Of a stretch of 64,000 nucleotides of DNA, positions 41,529-50,920 are shown piece after piece. Both the position numbers and the translations under genes were made by a program. The notes beneath the pieces were generated by a model, which saw only the letters and a program-made list of their open reading frames with translations, searched no databases and had not been told where the DNA came from. The DNA is from Abditibacterium sp. (lineage in GTDB: Bacteria > Armatimonadota > Abditibacteriia > Abditibacteriales > Abditibacteriaceae), in NCBI GenBank assembly GCA_965199495.1, contig CBDASK010000003.1:4480001-4544000 (forward strand), read 5' to 3'. The first letter of the stretch is position 1, and each line of letters begins with the position of its first letter.

Positions 41529-44474
41529 ATGTCCTCCCGATTATCTCCTCTGGCTATTGCTTCATTATGCTGTTTTCTGCTGCCTCCCATAGCAGCCACG
41601 GCGGGGACAGCGAAACCTTTTTTCGATCTCGACAGCGATAACTCCGCCGTGAAATGGCAATTGACGCCGCAAAGTGCGGTCGGCGAAAACGTCGCGGCGC
41701 TTTTCGCCGCCGATTACAATTCCAATAACTGGGTTAAAGCGGTCGTGCCGGGCGCGACTTTTACGTCGTATGTTGATGCCAAATTGGAAAAAGACCCGAA
41801 CTTTGGCGACAACATTTATCAGGTGGATAAAGCCAAATACGACCGCGATTTTTGGTATCGCGCGCAGTTTCGCGTGCCCAATGCCAATGGGCGCACGGTT
41901 TGGCTTAATTTCGAGGGCGTCAATCGCAAGGGCGACGTTTATTTCAACGGCGAGAAGTTGGGCGCGCTCGACGGTTTCATGGAACGCGGACATTACGATA
42001 TTACGCACTTGATGAAGCCGAATGCGAACAACGTTTTGGCGGTTTTGGTTCATTGGCCGGGTTTGCCGATTCCCAATCGCGCCAGCCCGACTTATATTCC
42101 CAGCGCCAGTTGGGATTGGATGCCTTACGTGCCGGGCCTTCTGAGCGGCATCACCGACGACGTTTATCTTTCGACTTCGGGCGCTTTAACGCTCGATGAT
42201 CCGTGGATTCGCACCCTCGTTCCCAACCAACAAACCGGCGAAGTCTCGCTGCAAACCGGCATTACCAATCACGCAAAAACGCGCGTGAGCGGCATTTTGA
42301 GCGGCGTCATTACGCCGGGCAACGTGCGCTTTTCGCAGCCGATTGAGTTAAACGCGGGACAAACGCAGAACCTCGAACTGAGCAAAGCGCAACTCGCGCA
42401 GTTGGTCATTCGCAATCCGAAATTGTGGTGGCCCAACGGCTATGGCGCGCCCAATTTGTATAATTGCCAACTGACTTTGAGCGCGAACGGCGTGGTTTCG
42501 GATTCCAAAAATATCAAGTTCGGCATTAAGCAGTATTCCTACGATACCAAGGGCGACGTTTTTCATCTGTTCATCAACGGCCAGCCGATTTTCATGAAGG
42601 GCGGCAACTGGGGCATGAGCGAATATCTGCTGCGATGTCGCGGCGACGAATACGATTTGAAGGCCAAGTTACACCGCGACATGAATTTCAACATGATTCG
42701 CAATTGGACGGGCGCCACGACCGACGAAGAGTTTTACGACGCCTGCGACAAATACGGTTTGATGGTGTGGGACGACTTCTGGCTCAACTCGAACCCCAAC
42801 CTGCCCGACGACGTGGCTGCATTCAACGCCAACGCCATCGAAAAAATTAAACGGTTGCGCAATCATCCCAGCGTCGCGGTTTGGTGCGGCGATAACGAGG
42901 CCGTGCCGCAACCGCCGCTCAACGAAAATTTGCGCGACGCGGTCGCCAAATTTGATGGCGGCGACCGTTGGTATCAGCCGCGCTCGAACGGCGGCGCGCT
43001 GAGTGGCAGTGGGCCGTGGGTCAATCGCGATCCGGCGTGGTATTTCACGCCCTACCCGACAACGTGGGGCGACATCAAAAGTTGGGGCATGCGCAGCGAA
43101 ATCGGCACGGCGGTTTTCGTCAACTTCGAGAGCTTTAAAAAGTTCATGCCTCAGAAAAACTGGTGGCCGCGCAACGAAATGTGGAACAAACATTTCTTCG
43201 GCGATTCCGCGGGGAACGCCGGAGCGGATCATTATATGGAGACGCTCGACAAATCGTATGGCCCATCGAGTGGCATCGAAGAATTTTGTCGCAAATCGCA
43301 ACTGCTCAATTTGGAAACCAACAAAGCGTTGTTCGAGGGTTGGCAGCACAACATTAACGCCGACGCTTCGGGCGTTTTGACGTGGATGAGCCAGTCGGCC
43401 TATCCTTCGATGGTGTGGCAGACCTACGATTATTATTACGATTTGAACGGTGCCTACTGGGGCGCGAAAAAGGCGTGCGAGCCGATTCACGTTCAATGGA
43501 ATAGCGGCGATAACTCGGTCAAAGTCGTTAATACAACGTCGAACGCGCTGCGCAACGTGCGCGTGCAAGCGACGATTTTCGGCGAGGATGGCGTGCCCGC
43601 CAAAGGCTTCGGCGCCACATCTACTGTTGCCAGCGTGCCCTCTAATGCAGCCACGGCGGCGTTCGACTTGAATTTCGACCCCGATAATTTGGCCTACAAA
43701 GCCGCGACGTTCGCTTCGTCGGACGAGGGCGCGGGCAAAGAAGCGGGCGCCGCCGTTGATGGCGGCATGGGTTCACGTTGGAGCAGCCAATACAGCGACC
43801 CGCAATGGTTGGCTATTGACTTTGGCGCACCCAAAACGTTTTCGCGCGTGAACCTGATCTGGGAAATTGCGGCGGGCAAAGCGTATAGAATTCAGGTTTC
43901 GGACGACAAAACCGATTGGCGCGACGTTTACTCGACCGAAAACGGCGACGGCGGAACCGACGAAATCACGTTCGCGCCCGTCACTGCGCGTTACGTGCGA
44001 ATGCTGGGTTCGCAGCGCACGACGGGATTTGGTTACTCGCTCTACGAATTTCAGGTTTACAATGGCGCCAAACGCGCGAGCGCGCTTTCGACGGTTCATT
44101 TCATCGAACTGAAACTGACCGATGCGACCGGCAAATTGCTGTCGGATAACTTCTACTGGCGCTCCAGCAAAGGCAGCGACTATACCGATTTCAACAAAAT
44201 GCCCGCCGCGCAACTCAAAGTCAGTTCCAAAACCAGCGAGAAAGCGGGCGTAACCAACATCGTCGCGCAAATCGCCAGTCCGAATAACGTGGCGTTGGCG
44301 ATTCGCGTGACGCCGGTGAATGCGCGCACCGGCGAGCCGATTTTGCCGGTTATGATGAACGATAATTATTTTTCGCTGATGAAAGGCGAAAGCAAAACTG
44401 TGAACATCGAGTTCGACAAATCGCTGTTGGGCAAAGATAAAATGCAGTTACGCGTCGAGGCTTATAATCGGTAG
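41529..44474 (+). CDS. GH2 (beta-mannosidase/exo-beta-glucosaminidase-like) with F5/8 (CBM32) insert
   Basis: WDWMP, KGGNWG, NMIRNW, RNHPS..WCGDNE; AVDG..SRWSSQYSDPQW. Confidence 0.92.
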   Translation: MSSRLSPLAIASLCCFLLPPIAATAGTAKPFFDLDSDNSAVKWQLTPQSAVGENVAALFAADYNSNNWVKAVVPGATFTSYVDAKLEKDPNFGDNIYQVDKAKYDRDFWYRAQFRVPNANGRTVWLNFEGVNRKGDVYFNGEKLGALDGFMERGHYDITHLMKPNANNVLAVLVHWPGLPIPNRASPTYIPSASWDWMPYVPGLLSGITDDVYLSTSGALTLDDPWIRTLVPNQQTGEVSLQTGITNHAKTRVSGILSGVITPGNVRFSQPIELNAGQTQNLELSKAQLAQLVIRNPKLWWPNGYGAPNLYNCQLTLSANGVVSDSKNIKFGIKQYSYDTKGDVFHLFINGQPIFMKGGNWGMSEYLLRCRGDEYDLKAKLHRDMNFNMIRNWTGATTDEEFYDACDKYGLMVWDDFWLNSNPNLPDDVAAFNANAIEKIKRLRNHPSVAVWCGDNEAVPQPPLNENLRDAVAKFDGGDRWYQPRSNGGALSGSGPWVNRDPAWYFTPYPTTWGDIKSWGMRSEIGTAVFVNFESFKKFMPQKNWWPRNEMWNKHFFGDSAGNAGADHYMETLDKSYGPSSGIEEFCRKSQLLNLETNKALFEGWQHNINADASGVLTWMSQSAYPSMVWQTYDYYYDLNGAYWGAKKACEPIHVQWNSGDNSVKVVNTTSNALRNVRVQATIFGEDGVPAKGFGATSTVASVPSNAATAAFDLNFDPDNLAYKAATFASSDEGAGKEAGAAVDGGMGSRWSSQYSDPQWLAIDFGAPKTFSRVNLIWEIAAGKAYRIQVSDDKTDWRDVYSTENGDGGTDEITFAPVTARYVRMLGSQRTTGFGYSLYEFQVYNGAKRASALSTVHFIELKLTDATGKLLSDNFYWRSSKGSDYTDFNKMPAAQLKVSSKTSEKAGVTNIVAQIASPNNVALAIRVTPVNARTGEPILPVMMNDNYFSLMKGESKTVNIEFDKSLLGKDKMQLRVEAYNR

Positions 44475-44480
44475 TTTCTC

Positions 44481-44723
44481 GTAGAGACACCGATTTTGGT
44501 AATGATTTGGAGCGCGGGCTTTAGCATCCGGCAATGTAGGGGCGGGGTTCTCCCGCCCGAAACATATCGCGTCTTTGCACTTAGAAATTTGGTGCATTCA
44601 TCATTGGGCGGGAGAACCCCGCCCCTACATTGCCAGATGCAATAATCGCTCTATCGGCGCAGCGCGGTGATATTCCCGATACCCCGCCCCTACATTGCCG
44701 GATGCAATAACCCGCGCTCCAAA
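44481..44723. repeat. Composite repeat: truncated family A arm plus family B (GTAGGGGCG) arms
   Basis: gtagagacaccgattt, then gcaatgtaggggcggggttctcccgccc and two inverted copies of accccgcccctacattgcc. Confidence 0.85.
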
Positions 44724-44746
44724 CCGTTACCCAATTTTTTAACAGC

Positions 44747-47008
44747 ATGAAATTTCCTTCTTTTCGCGCGCTCGGCGCGTTCGTTTTGGCTACAACACTT
44801 CCGGCGCTCGCCCAACCCAAAACGCCCGATTTGGTGAGTTACGTCAATCCGCTTCAAGGCACCGATTCGAGCGGCAGCTTTTCGCAGGGCAATACTTTGC
44901 CGCTCGTGGCGCGCCCGTTTGCCATGACCGATTGGAGTTTGCAAACCGGCGAGGGCAACTGGGGCTGGTGGTTTTCGCCCAACTCGCGCACGATTCAGGG
45001 CGTGCGCGCCACGCATCAGCCCAGCCCGTGGATGGGCGATTATGGTTATTTCACCGTGATGGCGCAGACCGGCAAATTGTATTTGCAGGGCGGCCAGCGC
45101 ACTTCGAGTTATCGCGCAGACGAAACGACGATTACGCCCAATTATCTCAAAGTGCCGCTCCGCCGTTACGGAACCCTCCTCGAAATGACGCCGACCGAGC
45201 GCTGTTCGCTGTTTCGCTTCTCCTTTCCCAAAGCCGAAACCGGGCGCGTTTTGCTGCAAATGGAAGCCGAATCGCAGGTCAAAGTGGACGCGCAAAACGG
45301 CACAATTTCGGGTTTAACGCGCTCCAAATCGGGCGGCACGCCGGATAATTTCGCGCTCTATTTCGTGGCGAAATTCAATCGTCCGTGGAAGAACGTGCAG
45401 TTGGGATTGGAAAACAAAGTCACCGCGGAAACCGCGCAAGCCGACGGCAAACAGGCGAGCGGCATCGTCGAATTTGGCGACGGCGCTCCCGTCGAAATGC
45501 AAATCGGCACTTCGTTCATCAGCGAAGAACAGGCGGCGCAAAACTTGAAAAACGAAGTCGGCGCCAATCATTTCGATGCCGTGCGAGCGCAAGGCCAAAA
45601 CGTGTGGAACGAGGCGCTGGGCCGCATCACCCTTGCGGGAGCCACGCCGGAGCAGTTGCGCACGTTTTACAGTTGCTTGTATCGCGCGCATCTGTTTCCG
45701 CGTATGTTTCACGAGACCAACGCGCAGGGCCAAACCGTGCATTACAGCGCCTACGATGGCAAAGTCCATCCGGGCGTGAGCTATACCGACAACGGTTTTT
45801 GGGACACCTATCGCACGGTGTGGCCGCTTTTCGCCCTACTTCAGCCCAAGCGTTACGGCGAAATGGTCGAAGGTTTCCTACAGGGCTACCGCGAGGGCGG
45901 TTGGCTGGCGCAGTGGGCGAGTCCGGGTTATCGCGTCAGTATGCCGGGCACGCACGGCGACGCGATTATCGCCGACGCCGTGGTTAAAAATATCGGCGGT
46001 TTCGATGTCAACGAGGCTTATGCGGCGATAACCAAACACGCCAACCAAAAGTCGAATCAGAACGGCGCCGGACGTAATGGCATCGAAGAATATCTCAGGC
46101 TGGGTTATGTGCCCGATTCGGTCAGCGAAACCTTGGATTTCGCTTATGACGATTTTTGTATTTCGCAGGTCGCGGCCCAATTGGGCAAAACCGATGACGC
46201 CCAAAAATATCGCGAGCGCGCCTTGAATTACCGCAAAATTTACGATCCCAATGTCGGTTTTATGCGCGCCAAAGACGCGCAGGGCAACTGGCGTCCCGAT
46301 TTTAACCAATACGCGTGGGGCGGGCCTTATGTCGAGGGCGGGCCGTGGCAATCGTCGTGGGCGGTGCAGCAAGACCCGGTTGGTCTGGCGAATTTGGTCG
46401 GCGGCCAAAAGGCTTTCATCGCCAAATTAGATCAGTTGATGAGCGCGCCGCCGCGTTACGACATCGGCGGTTACGGTTCGGAAATCCACGAAATTACCGA
46501 AATGTCGGTGCTGAACTTCGGCCAATATGGGCACGGCAACCAACCGACGCATCACATTTTGTATTTGTTCGCGGCGGCGGGCCAGCCGTGGAAAACGCAG
46601 TTTTGGACGCGCCGCGTGATGAACGAACTTTACAGACCGCAGGGTTTCGCGGGCGATGAAGACAACGGCGAAATGGGCGCGTGGTATGTTTTGAACGCGC
46701 TGGGCGTTTATCCGCTTTGTCCGGGCCGACCGGAATATGTGCTGGGTTCGCCGTTGTTCCAAAGCGCGCGCGTGCGCGTGCCGGGCCGCAAAGATTTGGT
46801 TATCGAGGCACCCAAAAACTCAGCGAAAAATGTTTACGTTCAAAACGTGAGCGTTAATGGCAAAACGCACGAGCCGTTGTGGATCGATTATCAAACGCTG
46901 ACGGCGGGCGGACAATTGCGCTTTGATATGGGGCCGCAACCCAAAATCAAGGATTACTGGAAAACGCCAGCGCTGTTGCCGCATTCGATGAGCGCTCCGG
47001 GGCAATAA
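44747..47008 (+). CDS. GH92 alpha-mannosidase
   Basis: THQPSPW.GDY, GFWDTYRT, GNQP, GDEDNGEM.AWY. Confidence 0.95.
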   Translation: MKFPSFRALGAFVLATTLPALAQPKTPDLVSYVNPLQGTDSSGSFSQGNTLPLVARPFAMTDWSLQTGEGNWGWWFSPNSRTIQGVRATHQPSPWMGDYGYFTVMAQTGKLYLQGGQRTSSYRADETTITPNYLKVPLRRYGTLLEMTPTERCSLFRFSFPKAETGRVLLQMEAESQVKVDAQNGTISGLTRSKSGGTPDNFALYFVAKFNRPWKNVQLGLENKVTAETAQADGKQASGIVEFGDGAPVEMQIGTSFISEEQAAQNLKNEVGANHFDAVRAQGQNVWNEALGRITLAGATPEQLRTFYSCLYRAHLFPRMFHETNAQGQTVHYSAYDGKVHPGVSYTDNGFWDTYRTVWPLFALLQPKRYGEMVEGFLQGYREGGWLAQWASPGYRVSMPGTHGDAIIADAVVKNIGGFDVNEAYAAITKHANQKSNQNGAGRNGIEEYLRLGYVPDSVSETLDFAYDDFCISQVAAQLGKTDDAQKYRERALNYRKIYDPNVGFMRAKDAQGNWRPDFNQYAWGGPYVEGGPWQSSWAVQQDPVGLANLVGGQKAFIAKLDQLMSAPPRYDIGGYGSEIHEITEMSVLNFGQYGHGNQPTHHILYLFAAAGQPWKTQFWTRRVMNELYRPQGFAGDEDNGEMGAWYVLNALGVYPLCPGRPEYVLGSPLFQSARVRVPGRKDLVIEAPKNSAKNVYVQNVSVNGKTHEPLWIDYQTLTAGGQLRFDMGPQPKIKDYWKTPALLPHSMSAPGQ

Positions 47009-47019
47009 CAAAGCGTAAT

Positions 47020-47895
47020 TCAATTTGCCTTCTCAATCGAAACGCCCAACACATTAGCCACGGCGCGCTCGCGCCCGTCGCTGGGCGTATTCAATACGCG
47101 CAATTGCTCGCTTTGTGCGTCGCGCAAAACCATTTCCGAACTGCCGCCGCCATCCAAATTGAGTGCATCGGTGCAACCCAGACTTCGCATCAAATCGGTT
47201 AATTCGTTTAGCGTCATGCCCAACGCTTTTTGCGCATCGCGGCCATCCACGACAACCAAAACCAGCGTTTTGCCGTCGTCACTCAAACCCACGGCGGTGC
47301 GCGGATGGCGATTAAGGGCGAAATTCGTCGCGTTATTCAACGCGATTTTTCCATCGCGCAACAACAAATCGCTGCCCGCGATAACTTGGCGCGCGCCATC
47401 GGGCATATTTTGCGATTCCGTAATTTGCGCGCGCTTGTTTTTGTCTAACATCAAAACCGGTCGCGCTTTAACAGCCACCGCCCATGCGACGCCATCGGTC
47501 GCGGCAGGGCCGCTCACGCTCGCCCATTTGCCGGTGACAAAACCCGACTGCGCGCCCTCGGCATCACGCGTGGCGCGGGCTTTGAAAAAATCGCCGTTAA
47601 TGGTCAAAGCAAAATGTTCGCGCGCCGCGATAACCGAAGGCGTCAAAAGCGTGGTTTGATACGGCCCGTCGCCATCGGGATCGTCGCCGCCGCGCGCCAC
47701 ACGTACGAGAGTGTGCGCGTCTGTTAAATCAACGCGCGCGATAAAAATGTGCTGTCTGGCGATAGCATCGGCGCGCGTCTCGATGTGAATCGCCCCATAT
47801 GGTTGCGTTTCGACAATCGCGGGTTGCGGCGCGCGCGCGGGCAAAGCGCCGCCGCAGAACGTGATTGCGGAGAGAACGAAAGCAAAACGGTTCAT
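47020..47895 (-). CDS. Phosphodiester glycosidase (NAGPA family)
   Basis: INGDFF, HPRTAVG, VVDGR, ALNLDGGGSS, ERAVAN. Confidence 0.92.
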   Translation of the reverse strand: MNRFAFVLSAITFCGGALPARAPQPAIVETQPYGAIHIETRADAIARQHIFIARVDLTDAHTLVRVARGGDDPDGDGPYQTTLLTPSVIAAREHFALTINGDFFKARATRDAEGAQSGFVTGKWASVSGPAATDGVAWAVAVKARPVLMLDKNKRAQITESQNMPDGARQVIAGSDLLLRDGKIALNNATNFALNRHPRTAVGLSDDGKTLVLVVVDGRDAQKALGMTLNELTDLMRSLGCTDALNLDGGGSSEMVLRDAQSEQLRVLNTPSDGRERAVANVLGVSIEKAN

Positions 47896-47898
47896 AAT

Positions 47899-48723
47899 TT
47901 ACAACGCCATCTTTTCGCGAACGCGCGCGACCAAAGCGCGCCGCACTTCGTCGGGCCAGCCGGTCAGTCCCGGCACATCGTTCGATTCGAGACAAAGCCA
48001 ATTACCCTCACGCGTCTCGATCCAATCCACGCCCAGCACCTCGGCGCCCAAATGCGTTTGCAAACGTCGCGTCCAATCGCCGATAAAATCCGGTGCGGGA
48101 ATAATCTCAAATTCGCTGATGCCGCGATTGACTTTCCAAGCGCTCGAACGCCGCGACATCGCCCACATCTGCTCGCCGACGACCATCACGCGCACGTCGC
48201 GCCCATAATCCACGAAAGGTTCAACCGTCGCATATTCGGGCGAAGTCGCCGCTAAATCGCGTGCATCTTCCCAATTTTCGCGCGAATCCAAACGCGCCTT
48301 GCCGATGCCGCCGTGCCAGTTGCCCAATTTCAAAACGCATGGCAATTCGGGAGTTAAAGCCTCCACGCTGCCCTCGCCCAACGCGCATTGAAATGGCACA
48401 AAGGGCAACCCAACTTCGCGCAGTTCCGCCAGCATGTCCAAACGGTCGAACCCGCGAAGCAGTGTTTGCGCTGCATTGACGCAGGGCACGTTCGCCAATC
48501 GAATCAATTCGAGCGCCTGACGGTGCGCCGAGCGCGGTCGAATCGCGCCGACGCGCCACAATACGCCGTCAATGCGCAGAGCGCCGCCGCGTTCGAGCCA
48601 AAATAATACGTTATTTTCGTCCAACAACCATTTCGCGTTTTGCAACGGGCGCGCGATAACATTCAATTCGGGAAAATCGCCCGCGAAATCGAAGGCGCCG
48701 CCGATGACGAGCAAATTTTTCAC
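47899..48723 (-). CDS. RimK-like ATP-grasp protein
   Basis: VLKLGNWHGGIGK, EPFVD..DVRV, WKVN, GVD, LESN. Confidence 0.8.
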   Translation of the reverse strand: MKNLLVIGGAFDFAGDFPELNVIARPLQNAKWLLDENNVLFWLERGGALRIDGVLWRVGAIRPRSAHRQALELIRLANVPCVNAAQTLLRGFDRLDMLAELREVGLPFVPFQCALGEGSVEALTPELPCVLKLGNWHGGIGKARLDSRENWEDARDLAATSPEYATVEPFVDYGRDVRVMVVGEQMWAMSRRSSAWKVNRGISEFEIIPAPDFIGDWTRRLQTHLGAEVLGVDWIETREGNWLCLESNDVPGLTGWPDEVRRALVARVREKMAL

Positions 48724-48732
48724 AGAGTGAAT

Positions 48733-49014
48733 TTAATCACCTTTTTTATCTTCGGCGTCCTCTTCCCACCATTTCGGCCCGCGTTCACCCAACGCTTCTT
48801 TGGCTGTTTGCACGCGGTCGCGCGCGGCGTCTTCGGCCTCTTTATCCTTCGCTTTGGTGGCGGCACCGACAGCGCGACGCGCGCTCATCAGTTCGTTGAC
48901 CCATTTTTGTCGCACCTCTTCGGGCAAATTGGGATTGGTCGCGCGCCATTTGCGCCCGTCAATAATCACGTAATGCCCATCGGGCGTATGCTCGATTTTC
49001 TTGTTCGTCGCCAT
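48733..49014 (-). CDS. Conserved small hypothetical protein
   Basis: TPDGHY..GRKWRATNP..LMSARRAV..AK.ALGERG..WW. Confidence 0.75.
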   Translation of the reverse strand: MATNKKIEHTPDGHYVIIDGRKWRATNPNLPEEVRQKWVNELMSARRAVGAATKAKDKEAEDAARDRVQTAKEALGERGPKWWEEDAEDKKGD

Positions 49015-49071
49015 GCCCCTCGCCAAAGCAAAGGCGCGGCCACAAACCGCCCATGTCGGCGCCGTGGCTGC

Positions 49072-49449
49072 TTAAATCGAGACAGTGCGTTCGCGCAGGA
49101 ACGCTTCGAGTTGGTCGCGATCCATTTCGCTGGAAGCGATTTGAAGAAAAATTTCGATAATTTCTTCGATACTGGCTTCTATTTCTAAATCGTAGGAATC
49201 CAAGAAAACCAACATTGCCGCCGCCGCGACGCGTTTATTACCATCAACAAACGCGTGCGCTTTCGACAGGTGAAATCCATAAGTTGCCGCGCATCTAATT
49301 TCGTCAACTTCTTCGTGATTTGTGCGATTGATGGGCGCCATCAAAGCTGACTCGAAAGCGCCTTCATCACGCATACCGTAAGAACCGCCGAACTCCTCAA
49401 TGCCGTCGCGGTGAAGTTCGAGAACTTTTTCTTTGGAGAGAAAGTTCAC
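49072..49449 (-). CDS. doc: Doc-family (Fic) toxin
   Basis: HAFVDGNKR motif; GGSYGMRDEG; 125 aa. Confidence 0.92.
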   Translation of the reverse strand: MNFLSKEKVLELHRDGIEEFGGSYGMRDEGAFESALMAPINRTNHEEVDEIRCAATYGFHLSKAHAFVDGNKRVAAAAMLVFLDSYDLEIEASIEEIIEIFLQIASSEMDRDQLEAFLRERTVSI

Positions 49450-49670
49450 TTTGCGCCCTCGGCCAAAGCCTCGAAGACGCGCGCATATTTGGCGAAGACT
49501 TTTTTCTTCGACTTTTGAAACTGCTCGTCAGAGATTTCGCCGTGTTCGGTTGGCGGAACATCCTCGATTAAGAGTTCTTCCACAATCTCTTCAGGTTTAA
49601 CGCCTTTGCGCGCCGCGCGCTCTTCCAACTTGCGCGCGACTTCGGGTTTGAGTTCCAAAACGTAAGTCAT
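49446..49670 (-). CDS. Putative cognate antitoxin
   Basis: 74 aa; ATGA overlap with doc; RHH-like N-terminus. Confidence 0.8.
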   Translation of the reverse strand: MTYVLELKPEVARKLEERAARKGVKPEEIVEELLIEDVPPTEHGEISDEQFQKSKKKVFAKYARVFEALAEGAK

Positions 49671-49735
49671 AATTTATCCTTTGTTGAGCGACAGTTTACT
49701 CTTTGGCGCCCGACGCTTTAAGAATTTGGAGCGCT

Positions 49736-49963
49736 TCATTCAATCGCGGTTTCACGCAGTAGATTATTGCCTTCGTCAATTTTCCCCTGACGAGCGCGCG
49801 CTCTTTCTTCCAAACGCGGAATTTCCGCTTCCGACGCCCCGTGTTGCCGCACAACGCACTCGATAGTTTCGACCAAAAACTGTTCGGGCGTCAAACCTTT
49901 CGCGGCGGAGTTAGCCTCAATCGTGCGCGCGATTTCGGGTTTCACAGTGACTTTATAAATCAT
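49736..49963 (-). CDS. Antitoxin-like paralog
   Basis: N-terminus similar to neighbours; AGGAG RBS. Confidence 0.7.
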   Translation of the reverse strand: MIYKVTVKPEIARTIEANSAAKGLTPEQFLVETIECVVRQHGASEAEIPRLEERARARQGKIDEGNNLLRETAIE

Positions 49964-49977
49964 GAATTCTCCTGCGA

Positions 49978-50232
49978 CTAATTCGATACGTTCGCTCGCA
50001 TTAAAGCCTCTTCATCTTCTCTTTCGCTTTTCGCCAGAGCCTCGAAAACTTTCGCATATTTGGTAAAAATTTCATCAGCAATACGCCGAACTTCTCCCGG
50101 ATCAGCCGTTTTTTGTTCCGTAAAGCGCTCGATAAAACCCGCAAGAAACTCTTCGGGAGCAACGCCCTGACTCGCGGCTTTCGCTTCGATACTGCGCGCG
50201 ATTTCGGGATTGAGTTCGAGGGTATAAGTCAT
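49978..50232 (-). CDS. Antitoxin-like paralog
   Basis: Similar N-terminus and FxKYAxVFEALA C-terminal motif; AGGAG RBS. Confidence 0.75.
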   Translation of the reverse strand: MTYTLELNPEIARSIEAKAASQGVAPEEFLAGFIERFTEQKTADPGEVRRIADEIFTKYAKVFEALAKSEREDEEALMRANVSN

Positions 50233-50272
50233 GATTTTCTCCTGTGTTAGCGAGCAGTTTACTTCAGCAATT

Positions 50273-50752
50273 CTACGAAGCTGTTGAAGCGGTTGTGTAA
50301 ACCTGGGTCGGCGGTTTGCGCAGAATGACGACTACTGGCTGCTTTATCCACGAATTGGAGGAACCCATTCCCCCGTGAAAAACCCAAATGCTTCCCGCCT
50401 TTTGAAGAATCCTAAATCTCCCGGCACCATCATTGAGCATCAAGCCTCGCATGACGTAGGGAAAGTAACCCTTAGGTGTTTCCATCCCGTTTCCCACAAT
50501 CATCTGTGCTTCCGCCCAACCGATTTTTTTAAATCGCACCGTTTTAAGGTCGTTTATATATGCAGAAATGAAGGCAGATTTGACTCGATAGGAGATTTGA
50601 GGTTTTAGTTCGTTCCAGTCGAAATTTGATTTTGGTCTGAGATACCAAGCATCAGATGCTTTCTTCTGCTGCGCGTTCGCGGGAATAGGAATCATTAACT
50701 GAGCGCTGAGCAAAATTAATAATGATACGAGTGAGTGTTTGATGATATTCAT
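50273..50752 (-). CDS. Secreted hypothetical protein
   Basis: Signal peptide ending ANA-Q; AT-rich. Confidence 0.6.
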   Translation of the reverse strand: MNIIKHSLVSLLILLSAQLMIPIPANAQQKKASDAWYLRPKSNFDWNELKPQISYRVKSAFISAYINDLKTVRFKKIGWAEAQMIVGNGMETPKGYFPYVMRGLMLNDGAGRFRILQKAGSIWVFHGGMGSSNSWIKQPVVVILRKPPTQVYTTASTAS

Positions 50753-50764
50753 AGCGCGCTTCAG

Positions 50765-50793
50765 TTTACAAACTCCCAAAATCCTGTTATTCT
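50765..50793 (+). promoter_or_regulatory. rpsB-tsf promoter
   Basis: TTTACA-17 nt-TATTCT with TGn extension. Confidence 0.65.
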
Positions 50794-50799
50794 ATACGG

Positions 50800-50920
50800 A
50801 CGGTGTGACCGCAAAACGTCGCAACCGAAATTTCTCCGCCGTGCCTTTGGGTCGAAAGACACCGAAAAATATCGTAACGCGGCGGGGCAAATGAAACCCA
50901 AAGGAGACAGAAAACACAAC
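50800..50920 (+). promoter_or_regulatory. Structured rpsB leader
   Basis: Interleaved pairings 50836-43/50878-85 and 50844-52/50896-904. Confidence 0.55.
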
